Assembly: GCA_963717935.1 (NCBI GenBank)
Contig: CAVQXP010000004.1
Span: forward strand, 1,376,001-1,440,000
Length of the DNA stretch: 64,000 nucleotides
Source of the DNA: Candidatus Eiseniibacteriota bacterium
Lineage (GTDB): Bacteria; Eisenbacteria; RBG-16-71-46
Reading direction: 5' to 3'
Part shown: positions 19,652 through 29,350 of the stretch, one piece after another
How positions within the stretch are numbered: the stretch's first letter is position 1
How the letters are laid out: each line of letters opens with the position of its first letter
Notes under the pieces: generated by a model
Seen by the model: the letters and a program-made list of their open reading frames with translations, nothing else
What the model was told of the DNA's origin: nothing
The model's database searches: none
Program-made: the position numbers and the translations under genes

Positions 19652-20826
19652 GGCTGCTGCTGGTCGAGAGCGGCACCGCCGTCGGCGGCACCGAGCGGGT
19701 GGTGTGGGAGCTGGCCACGCGCCTGCCCCGCGCCCGCTGGGACGTGCGCGTGTGGCTCTCGCCGGTGCCGGGCGTGGACGAGTTCGCCAGCGCCCTCGAG
19801 GCTCACGGCCTCCCGGTCACCCGGGTCGCCGAGGTGGATTCGCGCTGGGACTGGCCCTGCATGCTGGGGACCTGGCGGCGACTCCGGCGCGAGCGGCCCG
19901 ACCTGCTTCACGTCCACCATGTGTGGCCCGCGGCCGACCGCTACCTCGCGACGCTGGCGGAGGCCGCAGGCGTGCCCCACCTGGTGGTGACCGAGCACAT
20001 CGAGGGTCACGCGCACTCCACCGCGCAGGGCCGGCTCAAGCGGCGCGAGCTCGCGCGGGCCGAGGTCGTCACGGCGGTCAGCGCGGCGGTGGCCGATTCG
20101 CTGATGCGTGATTATGGCGTGGACCGCGCGCGGGTGCGGGTCGTGCCGAATGGCGCCGAGTTGCCGGACGAGGATGCCGAGCAGCCCGCGGCGCGGCGCG
20201 TGCGCGAGCAACTCGGCGCGGGCGCGCTGCGGCCGCTGTGGGTATGTGCGGGGCGGCTCGAGCACCAGAAGGGCCAGGACGTGCTGCTCGACGCGCTGGC
20301 GGAGGTCCGCCGGCGGGGGCTCGAGTTCGTGGCGGCGCTGGCGGGCGAAGGCTCGCTGCGCGGAGCGCTCGAGCAGCGAGCCCGCTCGCTCGGGATCGAG
20401 GCCAACGTGCGCTTCCTCGGGCAGGTCGAGGACCTGGGCCCGTTGCTCACCGCCGCGGACGCGGTGGTGCTGCCGTCGCGCTGGGAGGGCATGCCGCTCG
20501 TGCTGCTCGAGGCGCTGGCGCGCGCGCGCCCGGTGGTGGCGAGCGCGGTGGGCGGCGTGCCCGAGGTGGTGACGGACGGAGAGCACGCGCGGCTCGTGCC
20601 GCCCGAGGACGCCCGCGCTCTCGCCGAGGCGCTCGAGGACTTCCATCGCCATCCCGACCCGGCGCTGCGCCTGGGGCGCCACGCGGCGGCGCGGGTGCGA
20701 GAGAGCTTCACCTGGCCGCGCGTGGTCGAAGCCTTCGAGTCGGTGTACGACGAGGTGCTGGGCCTCGCGAGCTTCGCCGTCGAGGACGCCCGCACGCCGG
20801 ACGCCGGACGCGGGGGCCCGCGATGA
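19627..20826 (+). CDS. GT4 glycosyltransferase
   Basis: GGTERVV, VPNG, GRLEHQKG, PSRWEGMPLVLLEAL; GTG start inferred. Confidence 0.9.
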   Translation: MRAKTERLRLLLVESGTAVGGTERVVWELATRLPRARWDVRVWLSPVPGVDEFASALEAHGLPVTRVAEVDSRWDWPCMLGTWRRLRRERPDLLHVHHVWPAADRYLATLAEAAGVPHLVVTEHIEGHAHSTAQGRLKRRELARAEVVTAVSAAVADSLMRDYGVDRARVRVVPNGAELPDEDAEQPAARRVREQLGAGALRPLWVCAGRLEHQKGQDVLLDALAEVRRRGLEFVAALAGEGSLRGALEQRARSLGIEANVRFLGQVEDLGPLLTAADAVVLPSRWEGMPLVLLEALARARPVVASAVGGVPEVVTDGEHARLVPPEDARALAEALEDFHRHPDPALRLGRHAAARVRESFTWPRVVEAFESVYDEVLGLASFAVEDARTPDAGRGGPR

Positions 20827-21845
20827 GGATCGGGGTGGTGGTGTCGTGCTACCGGCAGGAGCGGTTCCTCGCCCGGACCGTGGCGGCGATCGAGCGCGCG
20901 CTCGAAGGCGAGGACTGGCAGGGCGTGCTGGAGTTCGCCGCGCCGTCGGACGAGCCGCTGCCCCCGCGTTCGGGACGCTGGCGGGTGATCTCGAGCTTCG
21001 ACCCGGTGACGCGGCGTCCGTCGCGTCCGCTCACGCCGGGCGCGGGCCGCATGCTGGGCTTCGCCGCCTGCGGGGGCGACTGGGTGTTGTTCGCGGACTC
21101 CGACATGGAGCTCGACGCCTCCTGGGTGCGCGCGATCATCGCGACCGCGGCCCGCGAGCCCCGGCTGGGCGGGATCGGTGGCCGGATCGAGGAGTGGTTC
21201 GTGGATGGCCCCGTGGAGCGGCCGGGCAAGCACGACATGTACGGCACGGGAGACCGCGACCGCGCCGTGGGCTATTTCGGGAACGTCGCCTTCTACCGGC
21301 GCGAGGCGCTGGCCGCCGCCGGCGGCTACGACGTGCGGCTCAGCTCGGACGAGGATTTCGAGCTGGGCATGAGGCTCCGCTGGCTGGGGTTCGAGTTGCG
21401 CTCGCTGGGCGTGCGCGCCGGCCGGCACTGGAGCGCGCCGCGCCCGAGCTTCCCGGAGCTCTCCCGCCGCTGGCGGACGGGGCTGTGCTTCGGGCAGGGC
21501 CAGGTGTTGAGGCTCTATCTCGGGCGCCGCGGATTCGGCACGCTGCTCGGGAGGCAATGGCTCTACATCGCCACGCTCGGGATCTGGTCGCTGGGCGTGG
21601 CGACGCTCGTGGCGTGGCTCGTGTCGGGTGACCCTCGCCTGCTCGCGCGCTGGGTGGTGCTCCTGCTGGCGTTGCTCGCGTTCATGACCGTCCGCAAGCG
21701 GAGCCCGCGGCTCGCGGTGCATTCGCTGCTCACCTGGACCCTGAACGGGCTCGGTATGCTGGTCGGGTTGACGCGGCCGCCGCGCGCGGAGCGACCGGCG
21801 GTCGCCGGCGCCGCGGGGCCCGGTGGCGGGGAGGCGGCATGCTGA
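20823..21845 (+). CDS. GT2 glycosyltransferase with C-terminal TM helices
   Basis: MRIGVVVSCY, FADSD, GGYD...EDFELGMRL, hydrophobic tail. Confidence 0.85.
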   Translation: MRIGVVVSCYRQERFLARTVAAIERALEGEDWQGVLEFAAPSDEPLPPRSGRWRVISSFDPVTRRPSRPLTPGAGRMLGFAACGGDWVLFADSDMELDASWVRAIIATAAREPRLGGIGGRIEEWFVDGPVERPGKHDMYGTGDRDRAVGYFGNVAFYRREALAAAGGYDVRLSSDEDFELGMRLRWLGFELRSLGVRAGRHWSAPRPSFPELSRRWRTGLCFGQGQVLRLYLGRRGFGTLLGRQWLYIATLGIWSLGVATLVAWLVSGDPRLLARWVVLLLALLAFMTVRKRSPRLAVHSLLTWTLNGLGMLVGLTRPPRAERPAVAGAAGPGGGEAAC

Positions 21846-23058
21846 TCCACGCCGCCACCGACAACGACATCCATCCCCCGTTGTTCGGCGGGCCGCAGCG
21901 CACCTTCGGGCTGTTGCGCGGCCTGGCCCGCCGCCACGAGGTCGAGGCGCTCTGCGTGGTCCCGAACCGGAACCAGGCCCCGCGCGAGGAGCGCGCGGCG
22001 GGGGTGAGGATCCTGCGCCGCAAGGCCTGGTACACGAGCGCGGTGTGGCGGCTCGAACAGGCGCGGCTCGCGCCCATGTTCCTCGCCGCCGCCGGGCACA
22101 CGCTCGCGGCGGGGCGCCTGGCGCGCGCCTTCTCGGCGCCCGCGGAGGCGCTGCTGGCCGACCTGAATCTGAGCGGGCTGTTCGGTGCGGACCCGGCCCC
22201 GCTGAAGGTCTACACGGCGCACAACGTCGAGTTCGACCATTTCCGCACGGCTCGCGCCGAGGTGGTGGGGCCTGCGTTCTGGGGCGCGCGCCTGCGCGCC
22301 CTCGAGACGCGCGCGGTGGAGCGCGCCGGCCTCACCGTGGTGTGCGGCGACGAGGACGCGGCGCGGCTGCGGGAGCTCTACGGGGCCCGCGACGAGTCGC
22401 TGGCCGTCATCCCGAACGGCTTCGACGAGACCGCGGTCCACGCGCCGTCCCCCGAAGAGCGCGCGCGGGCGCGCGCGGCCCTCGGCCTGGGCGAGCGCGA
22501 GTACGCGGCGCTCTTCGTGGGCTCGGACTTCCCCCACAACCGTGCGGCGCTCGCCTGGCTCATGGACCGCGTCATGCCGCCGCTGGCGGGCGAGGGCTTC
22601 CGGTTGCTGGTCGCGGGCTCGGTCACGCGCTCGCTCGCCGGGCGGCGCGAGGGCTGGCTGCTCGCGCGGCCCGAGACGCCGGACCTCGCGCCGATGCTCC
22701 AGGCTGCGGACGCGGGCCTCAACCCGGTGACCAGCGGCGGTGGCAGCAACGTGAAGCTCCCGACCTATCTGGCGGCCGGGCTCGCGGTGCTGAGCACGCC
22801 CTTCGGGTTGCGTGGCTTCGCGTCACTCAAACCCTGGGTCGTGACTGCGGGATTGGAGGGGCTGACCGAGGCGCTGCGCACGCGCCCGGCCGGCTGGCTG
22901 GCGCGCGGACTGCCGATGCCGGTCGAGGTGGTGGAGCACGCCTGGGGCCGGCTGGGCGAGCGGTTGGGCGAGATGCTGGAAGCGAAGCGACGGGGCAAGG
23001 ACATCCACACCGCCCGTGGGGGCCCCTCGGCGTCCGCGGTGGGGGGGCGGGCGCATGA
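21839..23058 (+). CDS. GT4 glycosyltransferase whose stop is lost in this sequence
   Basis: HNVE, IPNG, FVGS..PHN, GGGSNVKL..YLAAG. The frame reads through to 24307. One extra base near the G7 run (23041-23047) restores TGA 23056-23058 coupled to the next ATG. Confidence 0.8.
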
Positions 23059-24182
23059 GAATCGCGATGATCGGGCAGAAGGGCATCCCGGCCACCTACG
23101 GCGGCATCGAGCGCCACGTCGAGGAGATCGCGCGACGGCTCGCGGCCATGGGACACCAGGTGGACGTCTTCTGCCGGCTTCACTACACGGCGCCGGGGAC
23201 GACCTGCCACGGCGTCCGCCTGCTGCGGCGTCCGAGTGTGCACACCAAGCACTTCGACACCCTGACGCACGTGGTCTGGGCCACGGCCGAGTCCATGATG
23301 CGACGTTACGACATCGTCCAGTTCCACGCCCTGGGCCCGTCGGTGTTCGCGTGGCTGCCGCGTCTGAGCGGGGCCCGCACCGTGGTCACCGTGCACGGCC
23401 TCGACTGGCAGCGCGAGAAGTGGGGCATGGTTGCGTCGTGGTTCCTCAAGCAGTGCGAGGGGCCGGCCGCGCATTTCCCGGACCGCACCATCGTGGTCTC
23501 GAAGACGCTGCGCGACTACTTCAACGCCCACCACCACTGCGACGCCGCGTTCATCCCCAACGGCACGAACCTGCTGCCGGCGCGCCCGGCGCGCAGGATC
23601 CTGCAACTCGGGCTCACGCCCGGCAAGTACGTGCTCTTCGTCGGGCGCCTGGTGCCCGAGAAGGGCGTGCACTTCCTGTGCGAGGCGTTCTCGAAGATCG
23701 ACACCGACATGAAGCTCGCGCTGGTGGGGGGCACCGCGGCCTCCGAGGACTACGTCAACCTCATCCGGGGCTACGAGAGCGACCGCATCCGGCTGCTCGA
23801 CTACGTCTACGGCGAGGGGCTCGAGGAGCTGTGGAGCAACGCCTACCTGGTGGTGCAGCCCTCCACCATGGAGGGGCTCTCGATCGCGTTGCTCGAGGCG
23901 CTCTCCTACGGGCGCTGCGTGCTGCTCTCGGACATCCCCGAGAACCTGGAGGTGGCCGAGGAGTGCGCCGTGCCGTTCAAGAGCCGCGACGTGGAGGACC
24001 TGCGTGTCAAACTCGAGGCGCTGCTGCGCGACCCCGCCCTGGTGAAGAGCTTCGAGTCGAAGGCGCAGGAGCACATCCGCCAGCACTACTCGTGGGACCG
24101 CGTGGCGAAGAACACCGAGACCGTCTACCTGGACCTGCTCGGGGGCCGCCGCCGGCGCGGCCAAGAGCGCCTCACAGAATGA
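23055..24182 (+). CDS. GT4 glycosyltransferase
   Basis: MIGQKGIPATYGGIE, VHGLDWQREKW, VGRLVPEKG, PSTMEGLSIALLEALSYG. Confidence 0.92.
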   Translation: MRIAMIGQKGIPATYGGIERHVEEIARRLAAMGHQVDVFCRLHYTAPGTTCHGVRLLRRPSVHTKHFDTLTHVVWATAESMMRRYDIVQFHALGPSVFAWLPRLSGARTVVTVHGLDWQREKWGMVASWFLKQCEGPAAHFPDRTIVVSKTLRDYFNAHHHCDAAFIPNGTNLLPARPARRILQLGLTPGKYVLFVGRLVPEKGVHFLCEAFSKIDTDMKLALVGGTAASEDYVNLIRGYESDRIRLLDYVYGEGLEELWSNAYLVVQPSTMEGLSIALLEALSYGRCVLLSDIPENLEVAEECAVPFKSRDVEDLRVKLEALLRDPALVKSFESKAQEHIRQHYSWDRVAKNTETVYLDLLGGRRRRGQERLTE

Positions 24183-24368
24183 GTGCAGGCGGGCCTGCAG
24201 GGCGGACGCCTGGCGCTCGTGCGCGAGGCGCCGCTCCGGCTGCCGGTCTGCGGATGCAGCAGCAACCTGCGTGGTTTGCGAGCGGCTGCGCCGCCACGGT
24301 ACGATAGCCGCTGTCCCCCTTCGACTGACGAATCCACATTCCACACTCAGGCGTATGGGGGTCGCACG

Positions 24369-25994
24369 TTGTCCGATGATTCTCTTGCGGGCGATTCGCG
24401 CTCGCTCGGCAGGCGCAGACGGCCGCTCCTTCTCCGGATTGCGCCTCCCATTCTCCTGTTTGTCATGTTCATGGGTTTGTATGGAACAGTCCGATCAAAT
24501 CAGCTGACCCAGGACTCGATGACCTACGCGGCTTCGGTCATCCAGCCGGACACGGCCTTTTTTCACCCGCATCACATCCTATACAACGGCGCCATGCGGA
24601 TGGCCTTCCTCGGTGCTGCACCTTGGCTGAACGGCCCGGACGCCCGACTCCGCTTCCTGCAGTACGTGAACATCTCGCTCAGTGCGTTGCTTCCTGTCGT
24701 CGTCTACGCAGTTTGCATGACCATCGGGGTGCAGATACTGCTCTCGCTGGGGTCAGCCCTGTTGTTTGGGCTGTCCTCGGCCTTCTCCGTCTACAGTTCG
24801 CAAATCGAAGTCTACAATGTGACCGCTCTCTGTCTTTCGCTTGCCGTCCTAGGTCTGACCACGAGAGGTGGATGGCGAGGTCTCCTCGTTCCTGCGGGAT
24901 ATGCACTCGCGATGTGTTTCCACCAGACCGCGCTCTTCTTCGGACTGGCCATCCTGATTACGCATCTCCTGGCCGCGGAGAAGCAGCGCATGTGGATGCG
25001 GCTGTTGCGGGATCTTGTCGTCCCGCTGCTGGCCGTCGGAACCGTTTGCGCGGTCGTGGGTACGAGCCTTGGTCATGCGAGCCCAAGAGCCCTTTGGGCC
25101 TGGCTCACAACCTATGCGCACCTGGGAATCTGGGGCACGACGGGGCTGTCGATCCAGACCCTGCGCGCCGCGTGGATCGGCGGGCGAAGCGCATTCATCG
25201 ATAGCCCCGGTCACCTGCAAAACTACCTTCTTGTCGTGCTCTTGGGACTTTATGTGGCGGTCAGTCTTGTTGGTGAGGGGAAGCGTACGATCGCAGAACG
25301 TAAGTTCGTGGTCGCGCTGTTAGCATGGTGGATTGTCTCGGCGGTGTTCAATGTGTGGTGGGATGGGGGGAACCGCGAGTTCTGGATACTGCCGACGCTC
25401 GCGGCCGTTGTCCTTCTGGCAGCCATCGATGGGGGTGGGGCGGGGATGAAGAGCCTGTGGGTTCGCAGCACCCGGTCCGTGATGCTGATTCTCTGCCTCC
25501 CTCTGCTGCTGACTTCCTACGTTATGCACTATAGGTCAAACCAGCGGCCGAACGAATTCAGGGCGACTGCCCTGGTCTGCGCGGAGGTCATGCGCGACGG
25601 CGACATGATGCTCGCCGTCGGCGGGGACCGTGCCGCATACTACCGCGTGTACCTGATTCCCCGACGAATCGACGTCGCGACCTTGAACGGCTACGATGTC
25701 GCTGGCGTTGCCTTGCGAAGAGGGACCCAGGAGGCGTTCACCCGCGCGTTGCTCGACGTCATCGCTGAGAGGATCGGGGCGACCACGTCCCGCGGGGGCC
25801 GGGCCTTCGTTGATTCGTGGATTCAGGGAGGGGATCTGCCTACGACCCGGTTGGTCAGAGATTTGGACGTCCCGGCGTTCATGGTCGGCCTGGACGAACG
25901 GTTTGTTCTGGAGCCTGTCCACCGCGAGGGGGGGGCTCTGATCTACAGAGTTCTGGCGAAGAAGAGCGGACCGGGGCCTCTCGGCGGCCGATGA
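24369..25994 (+). CDS. GT-C-fold multi-pass membrane glycosyltransferase-like protein (DUF2723/ArnT-like)
   Basis: About 10 TM segments; luminal-loop QDSMTY and HPHHILY, then SQIEVY and ALAMCFHQ. Visibly more AT-rich than its neighbours. TTG start inferred. Confidence 0.6.
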   Translation: MSDDSLAGDSRSLGRRRRPLLLRIAPPILLFVMFMGLYGTVRSNQLTQDSMTYAASVIQPDTAFFHPHHILYNGAMRMAFLGAAPWLNGPDARLRFLQYVNISLSALLPVVVYAVCMTIGVQILLSLGSALLFGLSSAFSVYSSQIEVYNVTALCLSLAVLGLTTRGGWRGLLVPAGYALAMCFHQTALFFGLAILITHLLAAEKQRMWMRLLRDLVVPLLAVGTVCAVVGTSLGHASPRALWAWLTTYAHLGIWGTTGLSIQTLRAAWIGGRSAFIDSPGHLQNYLLVVLLGLYVAVSLVGEGKRTIAERKFVVALLAWWIVSAVFNVWWDGGNREFWILPTLAAVVLLAAIDGGGAGMKSLWVRSTRSVMLILCLPLLLTSYVMHYRSNQRPNEFRATALVCAEVMRDGDMMLAVGGDRAAYYRVYLIPRRIDVATLNGYDVAGVALRRGTQEAFTRALLDVIAERIGATTSRGGRAFVDSWIQGGDLPTTRLVRDLDVPAFMVGLDERFVLEPVHREGGALIYRVLAKKSGPGPLGGR

Positions 25995-26160
25995 ACGGTT
26001 TCTCCGGGCCTCCTCACCCGAGGGCAGGCGGTGAACGAGCGCAGTCCTGGAGGAAGGTGGGTCCCATCGGTTTGCGCTGTGACGCCGCGTCTGAGTCGTA
26101 GCCCGGGGATAGTGCCCCTCTCCGGAGCCTGCGCTATAGTGCGGCTGACCCGAGGTCCAA

Positions 26161-27225
26161 TTGAGCCCTTCCTCTGAGAACCACTCTGTCCTGATCCTGG
26201 CCGGGGGCCGCGGCGAGCGCTTCTGGCCATGGAGCCGCCCCGAACGGCCGAAGCAGCTCCTCCCGCTGGCCCGCGGTGGCCGTACCCTGCTCGGTGCCAC
26301 GCTCGACCGCGCCCTGCGCCTGGTCCCGCGGGAGCGCGTGCTCATCCTCACCGCGCGCGACCTGGTCGAGGCGGTGCGTGCCGAGTGCCCCGGCGTGTCC
26401 GTCGTCGGCGAGCCCGTCCCGCGCAACACGGCACCGGCCATCGGCGCGGCGGCCGCGTGGTTCCAGGGCCGCGGCTCCGGCGCTTTCATGGTGCTCCCGT
26501 CCGACCACGTCATCGACGACTTGGACGCCTTCGTCGCCGATGCCACCCGGGCCTTCGAGGCCGCCGGGAACGAGCGCATGCTGCTCACCTTCGGCATCCC
26601 CGGCTCCCACCCCGAGACCAACTTCGGCTACATCGAGCGCGGTGCGCAGGTGGGGCCCCGGCTCCACCGCGTGGCGCGCTTCACCGAGAAGCCCGATCGC
26701 ACCCGGGCCGAGCAGTACCTGGCGGGCGGGAAGCACCTCTGGAACAGCGGCATGTTCGTCTGGCGCCCCGACGTGTTCCTGGCGGCGCTCGAGGCGAGCC
26801 GGCCTGCGCTGGCTGCGCCCCTGCGCGCCATCGCGGCGGCTGCCGGCGACGAGCGCGGCTTCGAGCGGGCGCTCGATCCCGTCTTCCCGGGGCTCGAAGC
26901 GATCTCGGTGGACTACGCCGTGCTCGAGCACGCGCCCAACACGCTCGTGCTCGAGGCCGCCTTCGACTGGGACGACCTGGGCTCGTGGGGCGCCTGGGCG
27001 CGCCGCCAGCCCCGCGACGGGCACGGCAACGTGCTCTTCGGCGACGCCGTGGCTGTGGACTGCCGCTCCTGCATCGTGGTGGGCGAGGGTGGCACGGCCG
27101 CCGCGCTCGGTCTCGAGGACATGGTGGTCGTGCACGTGGACGGCTCGACCCTCGCGTGCCGCCTGGCGGACACCGACCGCGTGCGCAAGGTGAGCGAAGC
27201 CGTCCGCGAGCGGGGGAGGCGATGA
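26161..27225 (+). CDS. manC: Mannose-1-phosphate guanylyltransferase, monofunctional (no cupin domain)
   Basis: LAGGRGERFWPWSR..PKQ, EP..RNTAPA, PSDH, FTEKP, WNSGMF, ISVDYAVLE, WDDLGSW. Confidence 0.93.
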   Translation: MSPSSENHSVLILAGGRGERFWPWSRPERPKQLLPLARGGRTLLGATLDRALRLVPRERVLILTARDLVEAVRAECPGVSVVGEPVPRNTAPAIGAAAAWFQGRGSGAFMVLPSDHVIDDLDAFVADATRAFEAAGNERMLLTFGIPGSHPETNFGYIERGAQVGPRLHRVARFTEKPDRTRAEQYLAGGKHLWNSGMFVWRPDVFLAALEASRPALAAPLRAIAAAAGDERGFERALDPVFPGLEAISVDYAVLEHAPNTLVLEAAFDWDDLGSWGAWARRQPRDGHGNVLFGDAVAVDCRSCIVVGEGGTAAALGLEDMVVVHVDGSTLACRLADTDRVRKVSEAVRERGRR

Positions 27226-27932
27226 GCCGCAGCGCGCTCGGCCTGGCGCCTGTCCTGGCGCTGGGGGCGCTGCTTGCGCTGGCCGGATGCGCGAGCGTGC
27301 CGCCGTACGCGGGCCGCGCGGCTCGCGGGCCCGCTGCGACGCCGGCGCCGCGCGAGACGCCGGCCGCGCGCCCGACGCCTTCGCCCATCGCGCCGCAACC
27401 CGTGCCGGCCGCGGTGGACACCGCGCCCTCGCGCGACGCGCTGGACGTGCTGGCCACCATCCCCGAGCCGCTCGCGCCCGAGGAGCGCGTGCCCCCGCCG
27501 GAGGTCGCATCCGCTTCGGCGGCGGAGGATTCCGGGCGCACCGACGTGCCCGTGCCGGCCCTCACGCCCGTGCTCGGCGAGCGGCCCCTGCCCGAGGTCG
27601 TGGCGTCCACGGACACGACCTCGCCGCCGGCTGCTCCCGCTCCCCGCGCGCTGGTGGATCCGCCGCCCGCGCCGGGCCTGGCCGCTCCGGCCGTGACGGA
27701 CACGTGCTGGCGCGTGCAGATCGCGGCTTCGGCCGAGCGGAGGAAGGCCGAGCGCTACCTGGAGGCGGGCCGCTCCCAGCTTCTCGTTCCCCTGGTGATC
27801 GAGTCGGAGAAGGGGCTCTTCAAGGTGCGCACGCGCGACTGCCTGGACAGGCAGGCCGCTGATGGGCTGCGCCGGCGCGCGCTGGACGCCGGCTTCGACG
27901 GGGCGTTCCGTATCAGGGGGAGGAAGGCGTGA
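27222..27932 (+). CDS. Lipoprotein with a Pro-rich linker and a C-terminal SPOR-like domain
   Basis: Lipobox LAGC; C-terminal WRVQIAA...FKVR...GFDGAF. Confidence 0.75.
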   Translation: MSRSALGLAPVLALGALLALAGCASVPPYAGRAARGPAATPAPRETPAARPTPSPIAPQPVPAAVDTAPSRDALDVLATIPEPLAPEERVPPPEVASASAAEDSGRTDVPVPALTPVLGERPLPEVVASTDTTSPPAAPAPRALVDPPPAPGLAAPAVTDTCWRVQIAASAERRKAERYLEAGRSQLLVPLVIESEKGLFKVRTRDCLDRQAADGLRRRALDAGFDGAFRIRGRKA

Positions 27933-29197
27933 AGCGTTTCCTGCTGCTCTACGAGGGCTCGCGCTGGGAGCGGCTGAGTCCCCTGGCGGATCTGTCGCCC
28001 GTGCCCGGCCTGCGCTTCGGCGCCTCGACCCTGGGTGCCCGCTGGGTGGGTGCGCTGGGTCTGCCGCTGCTCGCGATCGAGGCGCGTGCCGAAGTGCTGG
28101 CGGCGTGGCGCGAGCCGCTCGCGCTCGCGGGCGAGCGGCCTGCGGCGGACGACGAGGTCCTGGCCGTGAACGCGGCGGCGCTGCCCGGCGGCTGGCTCGC
28201 GGCCCTGGTCGAGGGCGGCCCGCCGACGCTCTTCGTGGCGGACGGGGAGCCGGTGGCCGCGCGCCTGCGCTTCGGCGCACTCACGCCCTGCCTTGGCGCG
28301 GGTGCCAGCTTCGAGGCCCGGCTCGCGGACCTGGGCCTGGCGCGCGTCGAGGCGGAGGCCGACTCGCTGCGCTGGCCGTGGGACCTCGTCATCCGCAACC
28401 CCGCCGCGCTCGAGGCCGACCTCGCGCGCCTGCCCGGCCGCATCGCGGGGGCGGTGGACCCGAACGTGGCGCTGCTCGAGCGCGCGCGCATCACCGTCGA
28501 GGCCGGCGCCCGCGTGGACCCCTTCGCGGTGCTGGATGCGCGTGGTGGTCCGATCCTGATTGGTCGCGATGCCGTCGTGCTGGCGCACAGCGTGATCGTG
28601 GGGCCGTGCGTGATCGGTGCGGGCAGCCACGTGCTGGGCGGTGTGGTGGGCCACTCGACCGTGGGACCGCAGTGCCGCCTGGCCGGCGAAGTGGAGGACA
28701 GCCTCTGGCAGGGCTGGGCCAACAAGCGGCACCACGGCTTCGTGGGACACAGCGTGGTGGGCGAGTGGGTGAACCTCGGGGCGCTCACGACCACCAGTGA
28801 CCTGAAGAACAACTACGGCCCGGTGCGCGTATGGGCCACGGGCGGCGAGCGCGACTCCGGCTCGAACAAGGTGGGTTCCATCATCGGCGCCCACGTCAAG
28901 ACCGGCATCGGCACGTTGCTGCCGACCGGATGCTCCATCGGCGCGGGCGCGAACCTCTTCGGCGGTGGAAGATTCGCCCCGAAACGCCTGCCCGCCTTCT
29001 CGTGGTGGGACGGCGAGCGCACGGTCGAGCACCGGCTCGAGGCCTTCCTCGAGACCGCGGCGGTCGCGATGGGCCGCCGTGGGGCCACCCTGCAGGCCGC
29101 GGACGCGGTGCTGCTGCGCGGCCTGTTCGCCGCGAGCGGCGACGAGCGGGAACGCCGGATCGCCAACGAACTCGAGACCCGGGCCGGCCGGGGCTGA
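27929..29197 (+). CDS. GlmU-like putative sugar nucleotidyltransferase/acyltransferase with a left-handed beta-helix
   Basis: LSPLAD...LRFG, WPWDL, hexapeptide repeats, ANKRHHGFVGHSVVGEWVNLGA, SDLKNNY, KTGI. Confidence 0.82.
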   Translation: MKRFLLLYEGSRWERLSPLADLSPVPGLRFGASTLGARWVGALGLPLLAIEARAEVLAAWREPLALAGERPAADDEVLAVNAAALPGGWLAALVEGGPPTLFVADGEPVAARLRFGALTPCLGAGASFEARLADLGLARVEAEADSLRWPWDLVIRNPAALEADLARLPGRIAGAVDPNVALLERARITVEAGARVDPFAVLDARGGPILIGRDAVVLAHSVIVGPCVIGAGSHVLGGVVGHSTVGPQCRLAGEVEDSLWQGWANKRHHGFVGHSVVGEWVNLGALTTTSDLKNNYGPVRVWATGGERDSGSNKVGSIIGAHVKTGIGTLLPTGCSIGAGANLFGGGRFAPKRLPAFSWWDGERTVEHRLEAFLETAAVAMGRRGATLQAADAVLLRGLFAASGDERERRIANELETRAGRG

Positions 29198-29230
29198 GGC
29201 TGTCAGCCGAAGACGCGGCCCGCGACGACC

Positions 29231-29260
29231 TTGACCGGAAAGCGTCCGCATCACTAAACT
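29231..29260 (+). promoter_or_regulatory. Sigma70-like promoter
   Basis: TTGACC-N18-TAAACT about 90 bp upstream of galT. Confidence 0.5.
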
Positions 29261-29350
29261 GCAGCGCACTTCCTGGCACCCGGCTCCCCGGTCGGGCCCT
29301 GGATGGGTCGGGCCGCGGACGGCGGCATTCGTGGAACTTCGGAGAGCCTC

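Noticed and set aside
21839..24307. 822-aa fusion protein
   Set aside because: The second half is an out-of-frame read over a well-formed GT4 gene.
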